Below, piece by piece: positions 46,573 to 56,376 of a stretch of 64,000 nucleotides of DNA (the first letter of the stretch is position 1; each line of letters opens with the position of its first letter). The stretch lies in assembly GCA_040768005.1 (NCBI GenBank), contig JAXGNL010000004.1, positions 18,153-82,152 of the forward strand, read 5' to 3'. The stretch is from Kiritimatiellia bacterium (GTDB lineage: Bacteria; Verrucomicrobiota; Kiritimatiellia; CAIQIC01; Lenti-01). The notes below the pieces were generated by a model. That model was given only the letters and a program-made list of their open reading frames with translations. It had not been told where the DNA came from and searched no databases. A program made the position numbers and the translations under genes.

Positions 46573-49500
46573 TCACGGCCGGACCACGAGCTCCCCGCCC
46601 TCGCCCGCGCCGCGGAACTCCGGCTCGTACATGCCCGCCACCGTCGGCGGCGGCAGCACGAACGTTCCCGGGGTCACCGCCCGCACGGCGTAGTGGAAGG
46701 CGGTTTCCTCGCCCGGGATCGGTCCGGTGAAGATCAGCATCCGGTCGTCGCGCGCCTCGCGGTGCCGGTCGCCTTCGCCTTTCTTCTTCTTTTCCAGCCA
46801 CGGCACGAGCTGGGCCGTGGCCAGGTTGGCGTTTTCAATTTCGAGGCCCGCCGGCAGCAGGTCTTCGATCACCAGCTGATCCAGGCGGTTGCCCTGCGGA
46901 TCGACCGTCAGCCGCGCCACCAGCAGGTCGCCCTGCCGGACGGCATCCGGTTCAATCGGATTCCCGTTCAGGTCCAGCCACTCGCGCCGGATGGCCACGC
47001 CCTGGCTGGAAGCCGGTTCGGGCTCCGCGGGAACGCCTTCGTACCGGACGCACAGATAGGCCTTGCCCGGCCCGTCGTTGCGGATCTCCACCCCGCCGCC
47101 CCCGCCCGGCGCGGTGGACCACGACACGTCGTTGGTGGCGGCGAATTCCCGCACCGTTCCGTCCGGCAGACGGACGGAGCCGGCCAGGGGCTGTTCTTCG
47201 TCCGGCAGGCGCCGCGCCAGCTTGCCGAACGCCAGCAGCGCCAGCGCGTTGTCCTGCGTATTGCCCCAATGGCCGTCGCGCTGCAGATCGCGCAGCCGCT
47301 GGGCCAGCGCCGGCACCGCCGCGTGGTCCGGATCGATTTCCAGCCACGCCGACAGCAGCAAGGCGGCATCGCGGACTTCGCTGTCCAGCAGGCGGCCCGG
47401 CACGCGGGCGCGGGGCGCCGGCATGGGCAGGGCCTCCATCAGGGCCACGGCCTGGCGCGGCTCGCCGGCGTGCAGCAGCGCCGCCGCCGTGTGAACCCGG
47501 GCCGCATAGTCCAGCCGCCCGGACTGTTCGGCCAGGCGCGCCGCCCAGCCCGCATCCGGGTGTCCGGCCAGCGCCAGGATCTGGCAGGCATAGGCCCGCC
47601 GGCCCATTTCGATCCGCCAGTCTTTCTCTTCGAGATCCGGCGAAACGGCCTTCTCCAGCCGGTTCCGCAGCCAGTCGAGGCCGGCCTTCAGATGCGTCTC
47701 CGGCACGGGGAATCCCGCCGCCTGCGCCTCCACGAGGAAATGCAGCGCATAGAGGGTCTCGGGATCGGACACGCCGCGCTGGAAAGGCCAGAGGGCAAAC
47801 CCTCCGCCTTCCTGCTGCATGGACAGCACCCGCGCCACGGCCGCCGCCGTCAGGCCCTCGACGTCGCCCAGCGCGCGGTCCGAAGGCAGCAGGCGATGGA
47901 TCCAGTCCTGGGCCCGCAGCAGCGGAAACGCCCCGGACACCGTCTGTTCGAGACAGCCGTAGGGATAATGCACCACGTAGTCCAGCGCGCGGCCGAGCTG
48001 GGCCGACGGCAGGGACGACAGCGTGCCCGACATCGCCAGCGAAGCCGGCAGCCAGCCGGCCGGCGGCTCCAGCCGGACGGTTTCGCCCGGCGCCACGACC
48101 TTCATCACGGTCTCCACCCGCGTGCCCGCGGCCGGCCGCACCGCGAGCTCGATGGATTCGCGATAGGTCTCGGTTCCGGCCTCGACCTCCAGATGGAACA
48201 CGGCCTTGCCCGGACCGGGCCCCGCCTCGAGATCAAAGACGGCCTGCGCGGACCCGCCGGCCGGAAGTTCGACGGTCTGGTCGGGCGGATCGGCCCGCAA
48301 CGGCCCGCCGCAGGAGACACGGATCCGGGCCTCGACCGGCTGGCCGGTTCCGTTGTGCAGCGCCGCCCCGCCCTGCGCCCGGTCGCCGATGGCCAGGAAC
48401 CGCGGCAGGGCGGGCTGCACCACCACGTCGCGCTTCACCGTCACAGGCCGGTCCTCCGATCCCGTCCGGGTGTCGTCCCAGGCCACCGCCATCAGCCGCA
48501 GCTCGCCGGTGAATTCCGGCACCTCCAGGCGGAACCCGGCCTGCCCGTTTTCGTCGAGCGGCAGCGCCGCCGCCCACAGCGCCACCGGCTTGAAACGGTC
48601 GGCCTTGATGGGATTCAGCCGGCGCCGCAGCGCCGCGCCCATGCCGCCGCCGGGAGCCGGCGTCCCCTCGAGCCGCTCTTCGGTGATCGGCATCAGTTCG
48701 CTGTAGAGATCGTATCCGCTCACGGCCAGCCCCCGCCGCGCGGTGAAGACCGTCAGGGGATCCGGCGTCTCGTAGTCCGTCAGCAGGCAGATGGCTTCGT
48801 CCACCGCCAGGACCGTCACCCGGCCGCGGGCGGGCTGTCCGGTTTCGTCGCGGACGCTCACCGTGCCGGCCAGGGGCGTTTTCGGCCGGATGCGTTCCGG
48901 GGCCGCCAGCTCCACCTGCATGCGGCGGTCCGGCCGTTCCACCGGCAGCGCGAGGGTTCCGATGGCCCGGTGCGCGTTCCATACCGCCTCCGCCTGCGCC
49001 GGGCGGATCACCGACAGCGTGCACCACGCGTTCGGGGCCAGCTCTTCGTCCACCGCAATCTCCAGCTCCGCGGTGTTTCCGGCCAGCTCCACCACCCGGG
49101 TCTCATGGATGCGGTCGGTCTCGATCGTGAGCAGCGCCGGCCCGGCAAACGGCGCGCGCACCTGCAGGCGGGCCGTGTCGCCGGGACGGTAGCGCTCGCG
49201 GTCCCACGCCAGCTCCACCCGCCCCGGTTTTTCCCGGCTCCACGCCGCCCAGGACGGATCCGACGACGCCGCCCAGAACTCGATGCGCGCGGCCGTCCCG
49301 GATTCCGGATCGGCGGCCGCCAGCGTGTACACGCCCGGCGACGGCACGGCAAAGGCCCAGTCCGCCGGTACGCCGCCCGCGGCCAGGGTGTCCTGCCGCA
49401 CCTCGACCACCTGGCGCTCGGATGTCCATTCGTAGCGCCCTTCGCGGTTGCGGCGCAGCACGGAGTTCCAGGTCACCCGCGACAGCGTCAGGATCAGCGG

Positions 49501-51987
49501 CTTGCCCTCCGCCACCGGTTCGCCGTCCGGCCGCACTTCCGCCACCGCCACGCGCTGGGTTTCGCCCGCGCGGACCGCCCCCTCCCAGCCCGGCCTCAGG
49601 CCGACATAGAACGGATACGGGTCGATCTGCGCCGCGCCGTAGGCCGTCACGGAACGCCCGCTGGTCTCCATCACCGTGGCGCCCAGCACCACCTGCAGCG
49701 CCGCGGGGGGCCGCCACGCCTTGCGCGTGTCCACCATGAATTCCCCCCGCCCGTCCGCATCCAGCGCTCCCGCGCCGATCGGCTTGTGGATCGGCGCGAA
49801 ATCCTTCTCGCCGTCCCCGAAGTGCCAGCCCTTCCAGTTCTCCGGCGCAAACGGCGCGGGCGTGAAAGTCGCCGTCGCCGTCGTTTTCAGCCCGGCGGCG
49901 GGCCGCCCGAACAGGTGATCGCCCCGGACGCCGAAGCGCAGCACGTCGCCGGCGGGACGCCGCTCCGGCGGCGCCTCCACGTCCACGCGGATCTGCGGCG
50001 GCACGAAATCCTCCAGGGCCGCCGTCGTGCGCCCCAGGACCGTATGGGTGCCCGGCATCGCCAGTTCGAAGGCGTAGCGCCCCGTCGGCAGGAATTCCGG
50101 CAGCCGGATTTCGCCGTGCGCCGCCCCGGTCTCGTCCAGCTCCAGCGGCACATCGCGGTACACCCGGCCGTCCGGCCGTTTCACCCGCAGCAGCACCGGG
50201 AACGGCTCCGGCGCCCGCATCCGGTCGTCCCGGGCGATGGCCTGGACAAAGACCGTTTCCCCGGGCCGGTAGATGCCGCGTTCGGTGAACACCGCCGCCT
50301 CGACCTCGCCCGGCTGCAGATAGGCCGCGCCGCCGGTGTCGCCGCTGTTCACTCCCGTGGCCTCCAGATCCAGATACGTCAGGTCGCCGCCGGCTTCGGC
50401 CACCACCACGAACGGATGCGCGTCGTTCGGAAGCACCGCCAGGACCTTGCCCTGTTCATCCGTGACGCCCCGCGCCAGCACCTGGTTGTTGCGCGCATAG
50501 ACCGTCACGGCGGCATTCGTGACGGGCGTCGCGCCGGACAGCGAGTTGACCCACGCCAGCAGCCCGCCGCGGAACGACCGGACGGCCAGCCCGAGATCCG
50601 TCACCACCAGCAGCCGCGAATCGCCCGCCGCGTCCGGAGCGCCCACCTCGAGCCAGTACACCCCGCGCGGCTCCCCGGCCGTCAAATGCCGCAGCTCCAC
50701 CATGCCCCGCACCGGCCCCCCGTCGGCCGACGGCGCCAGGAAATTCGTCACGACCGGCGCATCGCCCGTCAGGTCGTCCACCGTCCCGCCCCAACAGCGG
50801 GATGATCCGGATTCGCGCTGCGCCAGCTGGATCAGGTTGTTGGCATACACCCGCCTCAGCTGCGCCGTGAAGCGCTCCACATTCGCGCCGGCCACCGGCA
50901 CCGCCAGCGCGCCCCCGGGCGCCAGGTACCGCCCCGGCACATCCACCTTCACCGCCTTCTTGCGCGGGGGCACGTGCACCGTCCGTGCAAGGTCCTTCGG
51001 CAGGCTGGAGCCGTTCGCCGCCGGCAGCCCCTCCTTGAACGTCACTTGATAAATCTCCCCCGGATGGAAATCGCCCCGCAGCCGGAATCCCTCCTTCCAC
51101 CACCTGCCGATCGGCTCCACCGTGAACGCCGTCTGCGGCTCCACGGCCACAAACTCCTTCACCTCGTTGAGTTCGGGCGCCACGTTGAACTCCACTTCCA
51201 GAACCGGCGCGTCGAAGGACGGGCTGTCGACCTCGACCGACCGCAGCAGCATGTTCATGTCCATCGTGAGCGTCCCGCGCTCCTCGCGGTCCGCGGGAAG
51301 GGCCTCGCCGGTCGAGGGCATGCCCGCTTGCAGCACGTACTCCATTTTCTCGGTCAGGACCGGATCGGTTTCGATCAGCAGGGCCTCGCCGCCCATGGCC
51401 TCCATCAACCGGTAGTCCAGGGGGCCTTCGCCGACGGCATGCAACCGGAGAAAGCGGGTCAGTTTCGTCCGGTCCGGCTCGGCGCTGAACATCAGCCGCA
51501 GGATCAGGCGGCGCTCCGGCGACACATCCACCTGCTCCACCTTGCGCAGGCGCAGCACCCGTTCGCCCTTCGGCGCGGCCTGTTCCGTCGCGGGCGGTCC
51601 CGATTCGATCGCCTCCCGCCGCGACAGGTAATCCGTCCAGCGCCAGACGCCGTAGGTGTTCACCAGCAGGAATGCGACAGCCAGCGCGAACCAGCGCGCC
51701 CCGCCGCGGCGGGCCGCCGCCGCCCCGGCCCCCGGCGCCGCGCCGTCCGTCGGGTCCGCGGCCGCCTCGGCGAACGTTTCCGGCGGATCCATCTCCGCCA
51801 GGATGCGGTCCATCGCCTCCGTCTCCGCCTCGCCCCGTTCCGCGGCCCGGCGCCTCGCCTCGGCGATATGGTCGCGCAGCCCCGCGGTCACCTCCCGGCG
51901 CACCGCCTCCGGCTTGTGCGCCAGCTGCCGCTCCACCTCGCGCAGATATGCCTCCGCCCGCCGTTCCGCTTCGCCTCGATTCTTCAT
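46573..51987 (-). CDS. bacterial alpha-2-macroglobulin (YfhM-like) with N-terminal HAAS (DUF1700-like) cytoplasmic domain and single TM anchor
   Basis: ATG 51987 overlaps the PadR stop (ATGA). Residues 1-80 are MKNRGEAERRAEAYLREVERQLAHKPEAVRREVTAGLRDHIAEARRRAAERGEAETEAMDRILAEMDPPETFAEAAA, followed by a TM helix WFALAVAFLLVNTYGVWRW. A ~1700-aa periplasmic A2M then follows with MG domains and thioester-domain-like blocks. 1804 aa. Confidence 0.85.
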   Translation of the reverse strand: MKNRGEAERRAEAYLREVERQLAHKPEAVRREVTAGLRDHIAEARRRAAERGEAETEAMDRILAEMDPPETFAEAAADPTDGAAPGAGAAAARRGGARWFALAVAFLLVNTYGVWRWTDYLSRREAIESGPPATEQAAPKGERVLRLRKVEQVDVSPERRLILRLMFSAEPDRTKLTRFLRLHAVGEGPLDYRLMEAMGGEALLIETDPVLTEKMEYVLQAGMPSTGEALPADREERGTLTMDMNMLLRSVEVDSPSFDAPVLEVEFNVAPELNEVKEFVAVEPQTAFTVEPIGRWWKEGFRLRGDFHPGEIYQVTFKEGLPAANGSSLPKDLARTVHVPPRKKAVKVDVPGRYLAPGGALAVPVAGANVERFTAQLRRVYANNLIQLAQRESGSSRCWGGTVDDLTGDAPVVTNFLAPSADGGPVRGMVELRHLTAGEPRGVYWLEVGAPDAAGDSRLLVVTDLGLAVRSFRGGLLAWVNSLSGATPVTNAAVTVYARNNQVLARGVTDEQGKVLAVLPNDAHPFVVVAEAGGDLTYLDLEATGVNSGDTGGAAYLQPGEVEAAVFTERGIYRPGETVFVQAIARDDRMRAPEPFPVLLRVKRPDGRVYRDVPLELDETGAAHGEIRLPEFLPTGRYAFELAMPGTHTVLGRTTAALEDFVPPQIRVDVEAPPERRPAGDVLRFGVRGDHLFGRPAAGLKTTATATFTPAPFAPENWKGWHFGDGEKDFAPIHKPIGAGALDADGRGEFMVDTRKAWRPPAALQVVLGATVMETSGRSVTAYGAAQIDPYPFYVGLRPGWEGAVRAGETQRVAVAEVRPDGEPVAEGKPLILTLSRVTWNSVLRRNREGRYEWTSERQVVEVRQDTLAAGGVPADWAFAVPSPGVYTLAAADPESGTAARIEFWAASSDPSWAAWSREKPGRVELAWDRERYRPGDTARLQVRAPFAGPALLTIETDRIHETRVVELAGNTAELEIAVDEELAPNAWCTLSVIRPAQAEAVWNAHRAIGTLALPVERPDRRMQVELAAPERIRPKTPLAGTVSVRDETGQPARGRVTVLAVDEAICLLTDYETPDPLTVFTARRGLAVSGYDLYSELMPITEERLEGTPAPGGGMGAALRRRLNPIKADRFKPVALWAAALPLDENGQAGFRLEVPEFTGELRLMAVAWDDTRTGSEDRPVTVKRDVVVQPALPRFLAIGDRAQGGAALHNGTGQPVEARIRVSCGGPLRADPPDQTVELPAGGSAQAVFDLEAGPGPGKAVFHLEVEAGTETYRESIELAVRPAAGTRVETVMKVVAPGETVRLEPPAGWLPASLAMSGTLSSLPSAQLGRALDYVVHYPYGCLEQTVSGAFPLLRAQDWIHRLLPSDRALGDVEGLTAAAVARVLSMQQEGGGFALWPFQRGVSDPETLYALHFLVEAQAAGFPVPETHLKAGLDWLRNRLEKAVSPDLEEKDWRIEMGRRAYACQILALAGHPDAGWAARLAEQSGRLDYAARVHTAAALLHAGEPRQAVALMEALPMPAPRARVPGRLLDSEVRDAALLLSAWLEIDPDHAAVPALAQRLRDLQRDGHWGNTQDNALALLAFGKLARRLPDEEQPLAGSVRLPDGTVREFAATNDVSWSTAPGGGGGVEIRNDGPGKAYLCVRYEGVPAEPEPASSQGVAIRREWLDLNGNPIEPDAVRQGDLLVARLTVDPQGNRLDQLVIEDLLPAGLEIENANLATAQLVPWLEKKKKGEGDRHREARDDRMLIFTGPIPGEETAFHYAVRAVTPGTFVLPPPTVAGMYEPEFRGAGEGGELVVRP

Positions 51988-52325
51988 CTTCCGGGTTCCT
52001 TCCCCTGCTTCAACTGCTCCATCGCCTCCACCAGCACCGGCCAATAGGCATTCATCTCCGCCAGCCGCACCTTGCCCCGCAGCGTCAGCGAGAAATACCG
52101 CCGCGGCGGCCCCGCGTCCGACGGCTTGTCGCGCGACTTCAGGCACCCCTCCGCCCGCAGCCGCCCCAGGATCGGATATACCGTGCTCTCCGACACCGAC
52201 AGATCCTCGATCCGCTTCAGCGCCTGCACGATCTCATAGCCGTAGCTCTCCCCCCGCCGCAGCACCAGCAGCACGCAGTACTCCAGCAGCCCCTTGCGCA
52301 GCTGCGTGATCCAGCCCTCGATCAT
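51984..52325 (-). CDS. PadR-family transcriptional regulator
   Basis: LRKGLLEYCVLLVLRRGESYGYEIVQALKR ... VSESTVYPILGRLRAEGCL ... RRYFSLTLRG, a canonical PadR winged helix. 113 aa. Confidence 0.85.
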   Translation of the reverse strand: MIEGWITQLRKGLLEYCVLLVLRRGESYGYEIVQALKRIEDLSVSESTVYPILGRLRAEGCLKSRDKPSDAGPPRRYFSLTLRGKVRLAEMNAYWPVLVEAMEQLKQGKEPGR

Positions 52326-52518
52326 GACCTACTCCGCATCATGTATTACGCAATACATAATACCGGGCCGGCTGTCAAGGGCGTTCCGTCCCGCGGCATC
52401 CGCCTGAATCCGGATCCCTCGCCGCCGGCTTAATGCATTTTTAATATCCCCTTGTCTTCCGGTCCGGCGGATGCTATTGGAACCTCATGGCCCACTGGCT
52501 GTTCGAAAGGAATGACAC

Positions 52519-53655
52519 ATGAAAGCCGGCATTGCCTTCAGCGACCATTCCGACCCTTCCCGGGCAGGCCGGGAAGCGGCGTCCCGGGCCGTGGCCCTCT
52601 CCGGCCCCCCCCGGCTGGCCATTCTCTTCACGACCGACGCCTACCCGCCCCCGCCCGTGCTGGAAGCCGTCCGTCTCGAAATCGGAGACGCCAAACTGGT
52701 CGGATTCTGCTGCGGCGGGATTCTGGCCGATGACGCCTGGCATCCGCAGGGCGTCGGCATCTGCACCCTGGGCGGCGACTTCCAGGTCCGCACCACCCTT
52801 CAACGCGGACTGGACCGCGACCCGTTTGAAACCGGGTGCCGCACGGCCGACGCGCTGCTGGCGAACGGGGTCGCCGAAGGCACGGTCATGGTCCTGCCGG
52901 ACGGCTTCGAGGCCAATCTCTCCGAACTCCTGCGCGGGCTCTACACCCGGTGCGGCGCGGACTTCCAGTATGTGGGCGGCGGCGCCGGCGACAACCTGAA
53001 GTTCTTCAAAACCCACCAGTTCACCGAACAGGGCTGCGCCAGCCGCGCCGTGGCCGCCGCCGTCATCCAGGGCCTGAATCTCGTCACGCGCATCGGCCAC
53101 GGCTGGGTGCCCATGGGCGATCCCCTCGTCATGACCCGCACCCGGGGCAAAATCGTTCATGAAATCGACGGCATGCCCGCCTTCGCGGCCTATCAGCAGC
53201 ATCTCGGCCCGATCTCCCGGGAGGAGTTCAGGACCCGCGGCATGCTGCACCCCCTGGGCTTTCCCGACGTGTTCGGACGCTACACCATCCGCGACCCCCT
53301 GGCCGTGGAAGACGGCGACAGCATCCGGTTCGTCAACGAGGTGCCCTCCCAGGCCGTCGGCAACATCATGGACGGCAACATCAACCAGCTCATCGACACC
53401 GCCGGCAAGACCGTGCGCGAAGCCGTCAGCGCCGTCCCCGATGCGGCTTTCCTGCTGCTGTTCGACTGCATCTCCCGCGCCACGCTCATGGGCGACCGGT
53501 TCCGGGAGGAACTGCGCGCCATCCGCAAGGCCGCCGGCCCCCGCCTCCCGATCCTGGGCGCCCTCACCTTCGGCGAAATCGGCGCGGCCGGCGACGTGCC
53601 GCAGCTCCACAACAAAACCACCGTCGCCGTCGCCGGAGGACCCCTCCCGGCATGA
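52519..53655 (+). CDS. FIST-domain sensor protein (FIST_N + FIST_C)
   Basis: 378 aa. FIST-type blocks (LAILFTTDAYP ... GFCCGGIL ... YVGGGAGDN ... LTFGEIG). ATGA-coupled to the downstream kinase. Confidence 0.7.
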   Translation: MKAGIAFSDHSDPSRAGREAASRAVALSGPPRLAILFTTDAYPPPPVLEAVRLEIGDAKLVGFCCGGILADDAWHPQGVGICTLGGDFQVRTTLQRGLDRDPFETGCRTADALLANGVAEGTVMVLPDGFEANLSELLRGLYTRCGADFQYVGGGAGDNLKFFKTHQFTEQGCASRAVAAAVIQGLNLVTRIGHGWVPMGDPLVMTRTRGKIVHEIDGMPAFAAYQQHLGPISREEFRTRGMLHPLGFPDVFGRYTIRDPLAVEDGDSIRFVNEVPSQAVGNIMDGNINQLIDTAGKTVREAVSAVPDAAFLLLFDCISRATLMGDRFREELRAIRKAAGPRLPILGALTFGEIGAAGDVPQLHNKTTVAVAGGPLPA

Positions 53656-55640
53656 TCTTCGGCAGGTCAGCCTCGCCCCCGCGTTCCCGCAAGGCCCCCG
53701 ATTACGCCATCGTCGCCGAACTCTCCGCCCTGCATGAGCTGTCCGCCCTCGCGCTGGTCTCCGGCGAGGAACAGCTCGCCAGCGAAACCGCCGAGAAAAT
53801 CACCCGCCTCTTCGGCACCCGGCGCTTCGCCATCCTCACCGGGCTGCCCCCCCGCCAGCGCGTCGTGGTGGCCTCCGGTTTCAAGGCCGGCGAATCCCCC
53901 GCGGCCGCCCTGCCCCGGTCCCGCAACGATCCCCACCGCCTGGTGCTGGTGTTCAACGAAGGCAAGGAGGAACAGGACACCCTGTTCTTCGAGCAGGCCC
54001 AGCCCCTGGACAAGCGCCTGCGCCGCCTCTACAACGTCCTCTCCAGCCGCATCGAAGAACGCCTGGCCTTCTTCCGCCACGAGGCGCAGCGCGCGCGCAT
54101 GGAACGGGACCTGCGGGAAAGCGAAGCCCGCAACCGCGCGATTCTCGACGCCATCCCCGATCTGATGTTCGTGTATGACCGCGACGGCACCTATCTCGAC
54201 TACCACGCCGCCAAAGCCGCCCTGCTGGCCGTCTCCCCCGATCAGTTCCTCGGCCGCAACATCCGCGACGTCCTGCCCCCGGACGCGGCCGAACGTCTCC
54301 TGAACGGCTTCCGCCTCGCCCTGGAATCCGGCCGCCCGCAACGCGTGGAATATGCTCTCGACCTGGCCGGCGAAGTCCGCGCCTTCGAAGCCCGGATCTG
54401 TCCCCTCGACGACCACCGCCTCCTGGTCATGGCCCGCGACATCACCGATCTCAAGCAGGCCGAAGCCGACCGGGACACCTTGCAGGACAAGCTCGCCCAG
54501 GTCCGGAAAATGGAATCCATCGGCCGGCTCGCCGGCGGCGTCGCCCACGACTTCAACAACATGCTCTGCGCCATCCTCGGCCATGCCGAGCTGGCCCTGA
54601 ATGTCCCCGGCTCCCCCGACCCCGTCCGGGACCATCTCGACGAAATCCGACAGGCCGGCGAACGCTCCGCCGATCTCACCCGCCAGCTGCTGGCCTTCGC
54701 CCGCAAGCAAACCGTCTCTCCCCGGCGGCTCGATCTCAACCAGGCCGTCGAAGGCATGCTCAACATGCTCCGCCGTCTCATCGGCGAATCCATCCGGCTG
54801 GACTGGCAGCCCGGCCCCGATGCCGGCCAGGTCCGGATCGATCCCTCCCAGCTGGATCAGATCCTGGCCAACCTGTGCCTCAACGCCCGGGACGCCATCG
54901 GCGACTCCGGCACCATCCGGATCGATACCGCGGTCGTCTCCCTCGATGCCGCCGCCACGCCCGCCCTCGAAGGCGCCGCCCCCGGCGAGTATGCCTGCCT
55001 GACCGTCCGCGACGACGGCACCGGCATGGACCGCGACACCCTCGCCCGCATTTTCGAGCCGTTCTTCACCACCAAGGAAATCGGCAAGGGCACCGGTCTC
55101 GGCCTGGCCACCGTGTACGGCGCCGTCCGGCAGAACAACGGGTTCATCCGGGTGGACAGCGCACCGGGCCGGGGCAGCGCCTTCCAGGTGTTTCTGCCCC
55201 GCCTCGCCCCCGGGCCCGGCGAAGAGAAAACGCCCCCCGCGCCCCCGCCGCCGCCCGCCGCCGCCGGCCACCAAACCGTTCTGGTCGTCGAAGACGACCC
55301 GGCCATCCTCCAGATCACCGCCAGGCAGCTGGAATCCATCGGCTATGCCGTGCTGGCCGCCGATTCAACCGAATCCGGACTGCGCCTGGCGCAAACGCAC
55401 GACGGCCCGATCGCCCTGCTCATGACCGACGTGGTCATGCCCGGCATGAACGGCTTTGAACTCGCCAAGGCCGTCCGGACCGTGCTCCCGAACCTGCCGT
55501 GCCTGTACATGTCCGGCTATACCCCCGCCGACATCCCCGATCCGGTCGCCTCCGCCTGCCCGGGACCCATCCTTCAGAAGCCCTTCTCCCGCGACACACT
55601 GGCAAACGCCGTGCGGCAGGCGTTGATGCAACCCGCCTGA
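53652..55640 (+). CDS. hybrid sensor histidine kinase (PAS - HisKA - HATPase_c - receiver)
   Basis: PAS region (RNRAILDAIPDLMFVYDRDGTYLDYH). H-box GGVAHDFNNML. N and G boxes (NLCLNARDAI ... GTGMDRDTLARIFEPFFTTKEIGKGTGLGL). Receiver domain VLVVEDDP ... LMTDVVMPGMNG. Confidence 0.85.
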   Translation: MIFGRSASPPRSRKAPDYAIVAELSALHELSALALVSGEEQLASETAEKITRLFGTRRFAILTGLPPRQRVVVASGFKAGESPAAALPRSRNDPHRLVLVFNEGKEEQDTLFFEQAQPLDKRLRRLYNVLSSRIEERLAFFRHEAQRARMERDLRESEARNRAILDAIPDLMFVYDRDGTYLDYHAAKAALLAVSPDQFLGRNIRDVLPPDAAERLLNGFRLALESGRPQRVEYALDLAGEVRAFEARICPLDDHRLLVMARDITDLKQAEADRDTLQDKLAQVRKMESIGRLAGGVAHDFNNMLCAILGHAELALNVPGSPDPVRDHLDEIRQAGERSADLTRQLLAFARKQTVSPRRLDLNQAVEGMLNMLRRLIGESIRLDWQPGPDAGQVRIDPSQLDQILANLCLNARDAIGDSGTIRIDTAVVSLDAAATPALEGAAPGEYACLTVRDDGTGMDRDTLARIFEPFFTTKEIGKGTGLGLATVYGAVRQNNGFIRVDSAPGRGSAFQVFLPRLAPGPGEEKTPPAPPPPPAAAGHQTVLVVEDDPAILQITARQLESIGYAVLAADSTESGLRLAQTHDGPIALLMTDVVMPGMNGFELAKAVRTVLPNLPCLYMSGYTPADIPDPVASACPGPILQKPFSRDTLANAVRQALMQPA

Positions 55641-55740
55641 CCGGTCCGCCGCCGCCCCGGCGTCCGGGCAGGGCCATAAAAAGGACTCGTCATCCGCCGC
55701 CCAAAACGGCTAGGTTCCGTGCAACAGAGCGGAGGCTTGC

Positions 55741-56343
55741 ATGAACATTGTTGCCATCATGGCCAGCTATCGGAAGGGACGCACGATTGACACGCTCGTG
55801 GACCGGGCCATCGCCGGCGCGCTGGCCGCCAATCCCGGCGCCACGGCCGAAAAAATCACCCTGATCGACAAGCACATCGAATACTGCCGCAACTGCATGG
55901 CCTGCCGGGACGACGACCCGTCCAAGCCTCTCGCCCGCTGCGTCATTCAGGACGACATGCAGGCCATCTATCCGGTCCTCGACGCCGCCGACGCCTATAT
56001 CATCGGCACCCCCATCAACATGGGCAACGAAACCGCCCTGTTCAAGACCTTCGTCGAACGCTGCTGCTTCGTCTTCGCCAAGCCGGGGAACTTCCCCATG
56101 AAAGGCGTCCCCACCCCCCGCGGCACCCGCAAGCGCCGGGCCGTCGCCATCCTCAGCACCGGCGTCGTCCCGCCCTGGATGCGCCTGTTCTGCGACGATG
56201 CCACCCCGTTGATCAAGGACTTCTGCAAAACCATGCTCAACGCCCGCCTGCTCGACACCCTCTACGCCGGCGCCATCGAAAAACGCACCGTGGACCATTA
56301 CACCCGGGCCGCCTTCCGGCTCGGACGGGAACTGGTCCGCTAG
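55741..56343 (+). CDS. flavodoxin-like iron-sulfur flavoprotein / NADPH-dependent FMN reductase family
   Basis: MNIVAIMASYRKG... is a flavodoxin-like fold. The compact Cys cluster CRNCMAC is reminiscent of Isf-type iron-sulfur flavoproteins. Confidence 0.6.
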   Translation: MNIVAIMASYRKGRTIDTLVDRAIAGALAANPGATAEKITLIDKHIEYCRNCMACRDDDPSKPLARCVIQDDMQAIYPVLDAADAYIIGTPINMGNETALFKTFVERCCFVFAKPGNFPMKGVPTPRGTRKRRAVAILSTGVVPPWMRLFCDDATPLIKDFCKTMLNARLLDTLYAGAIEKRTVDHYTRAAFRLGRELVR

Positions 56344-56376
56344 CGGACGCCCGGCCCGGCACCGCCGCTCCGCCCC

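Noticed and set aside
46450-50805. 1451-aa plus-strand ORF
   Set aside because: Antisense to the alpha-2-macroglobulin gene. Arg/Pro/Gly-rich.
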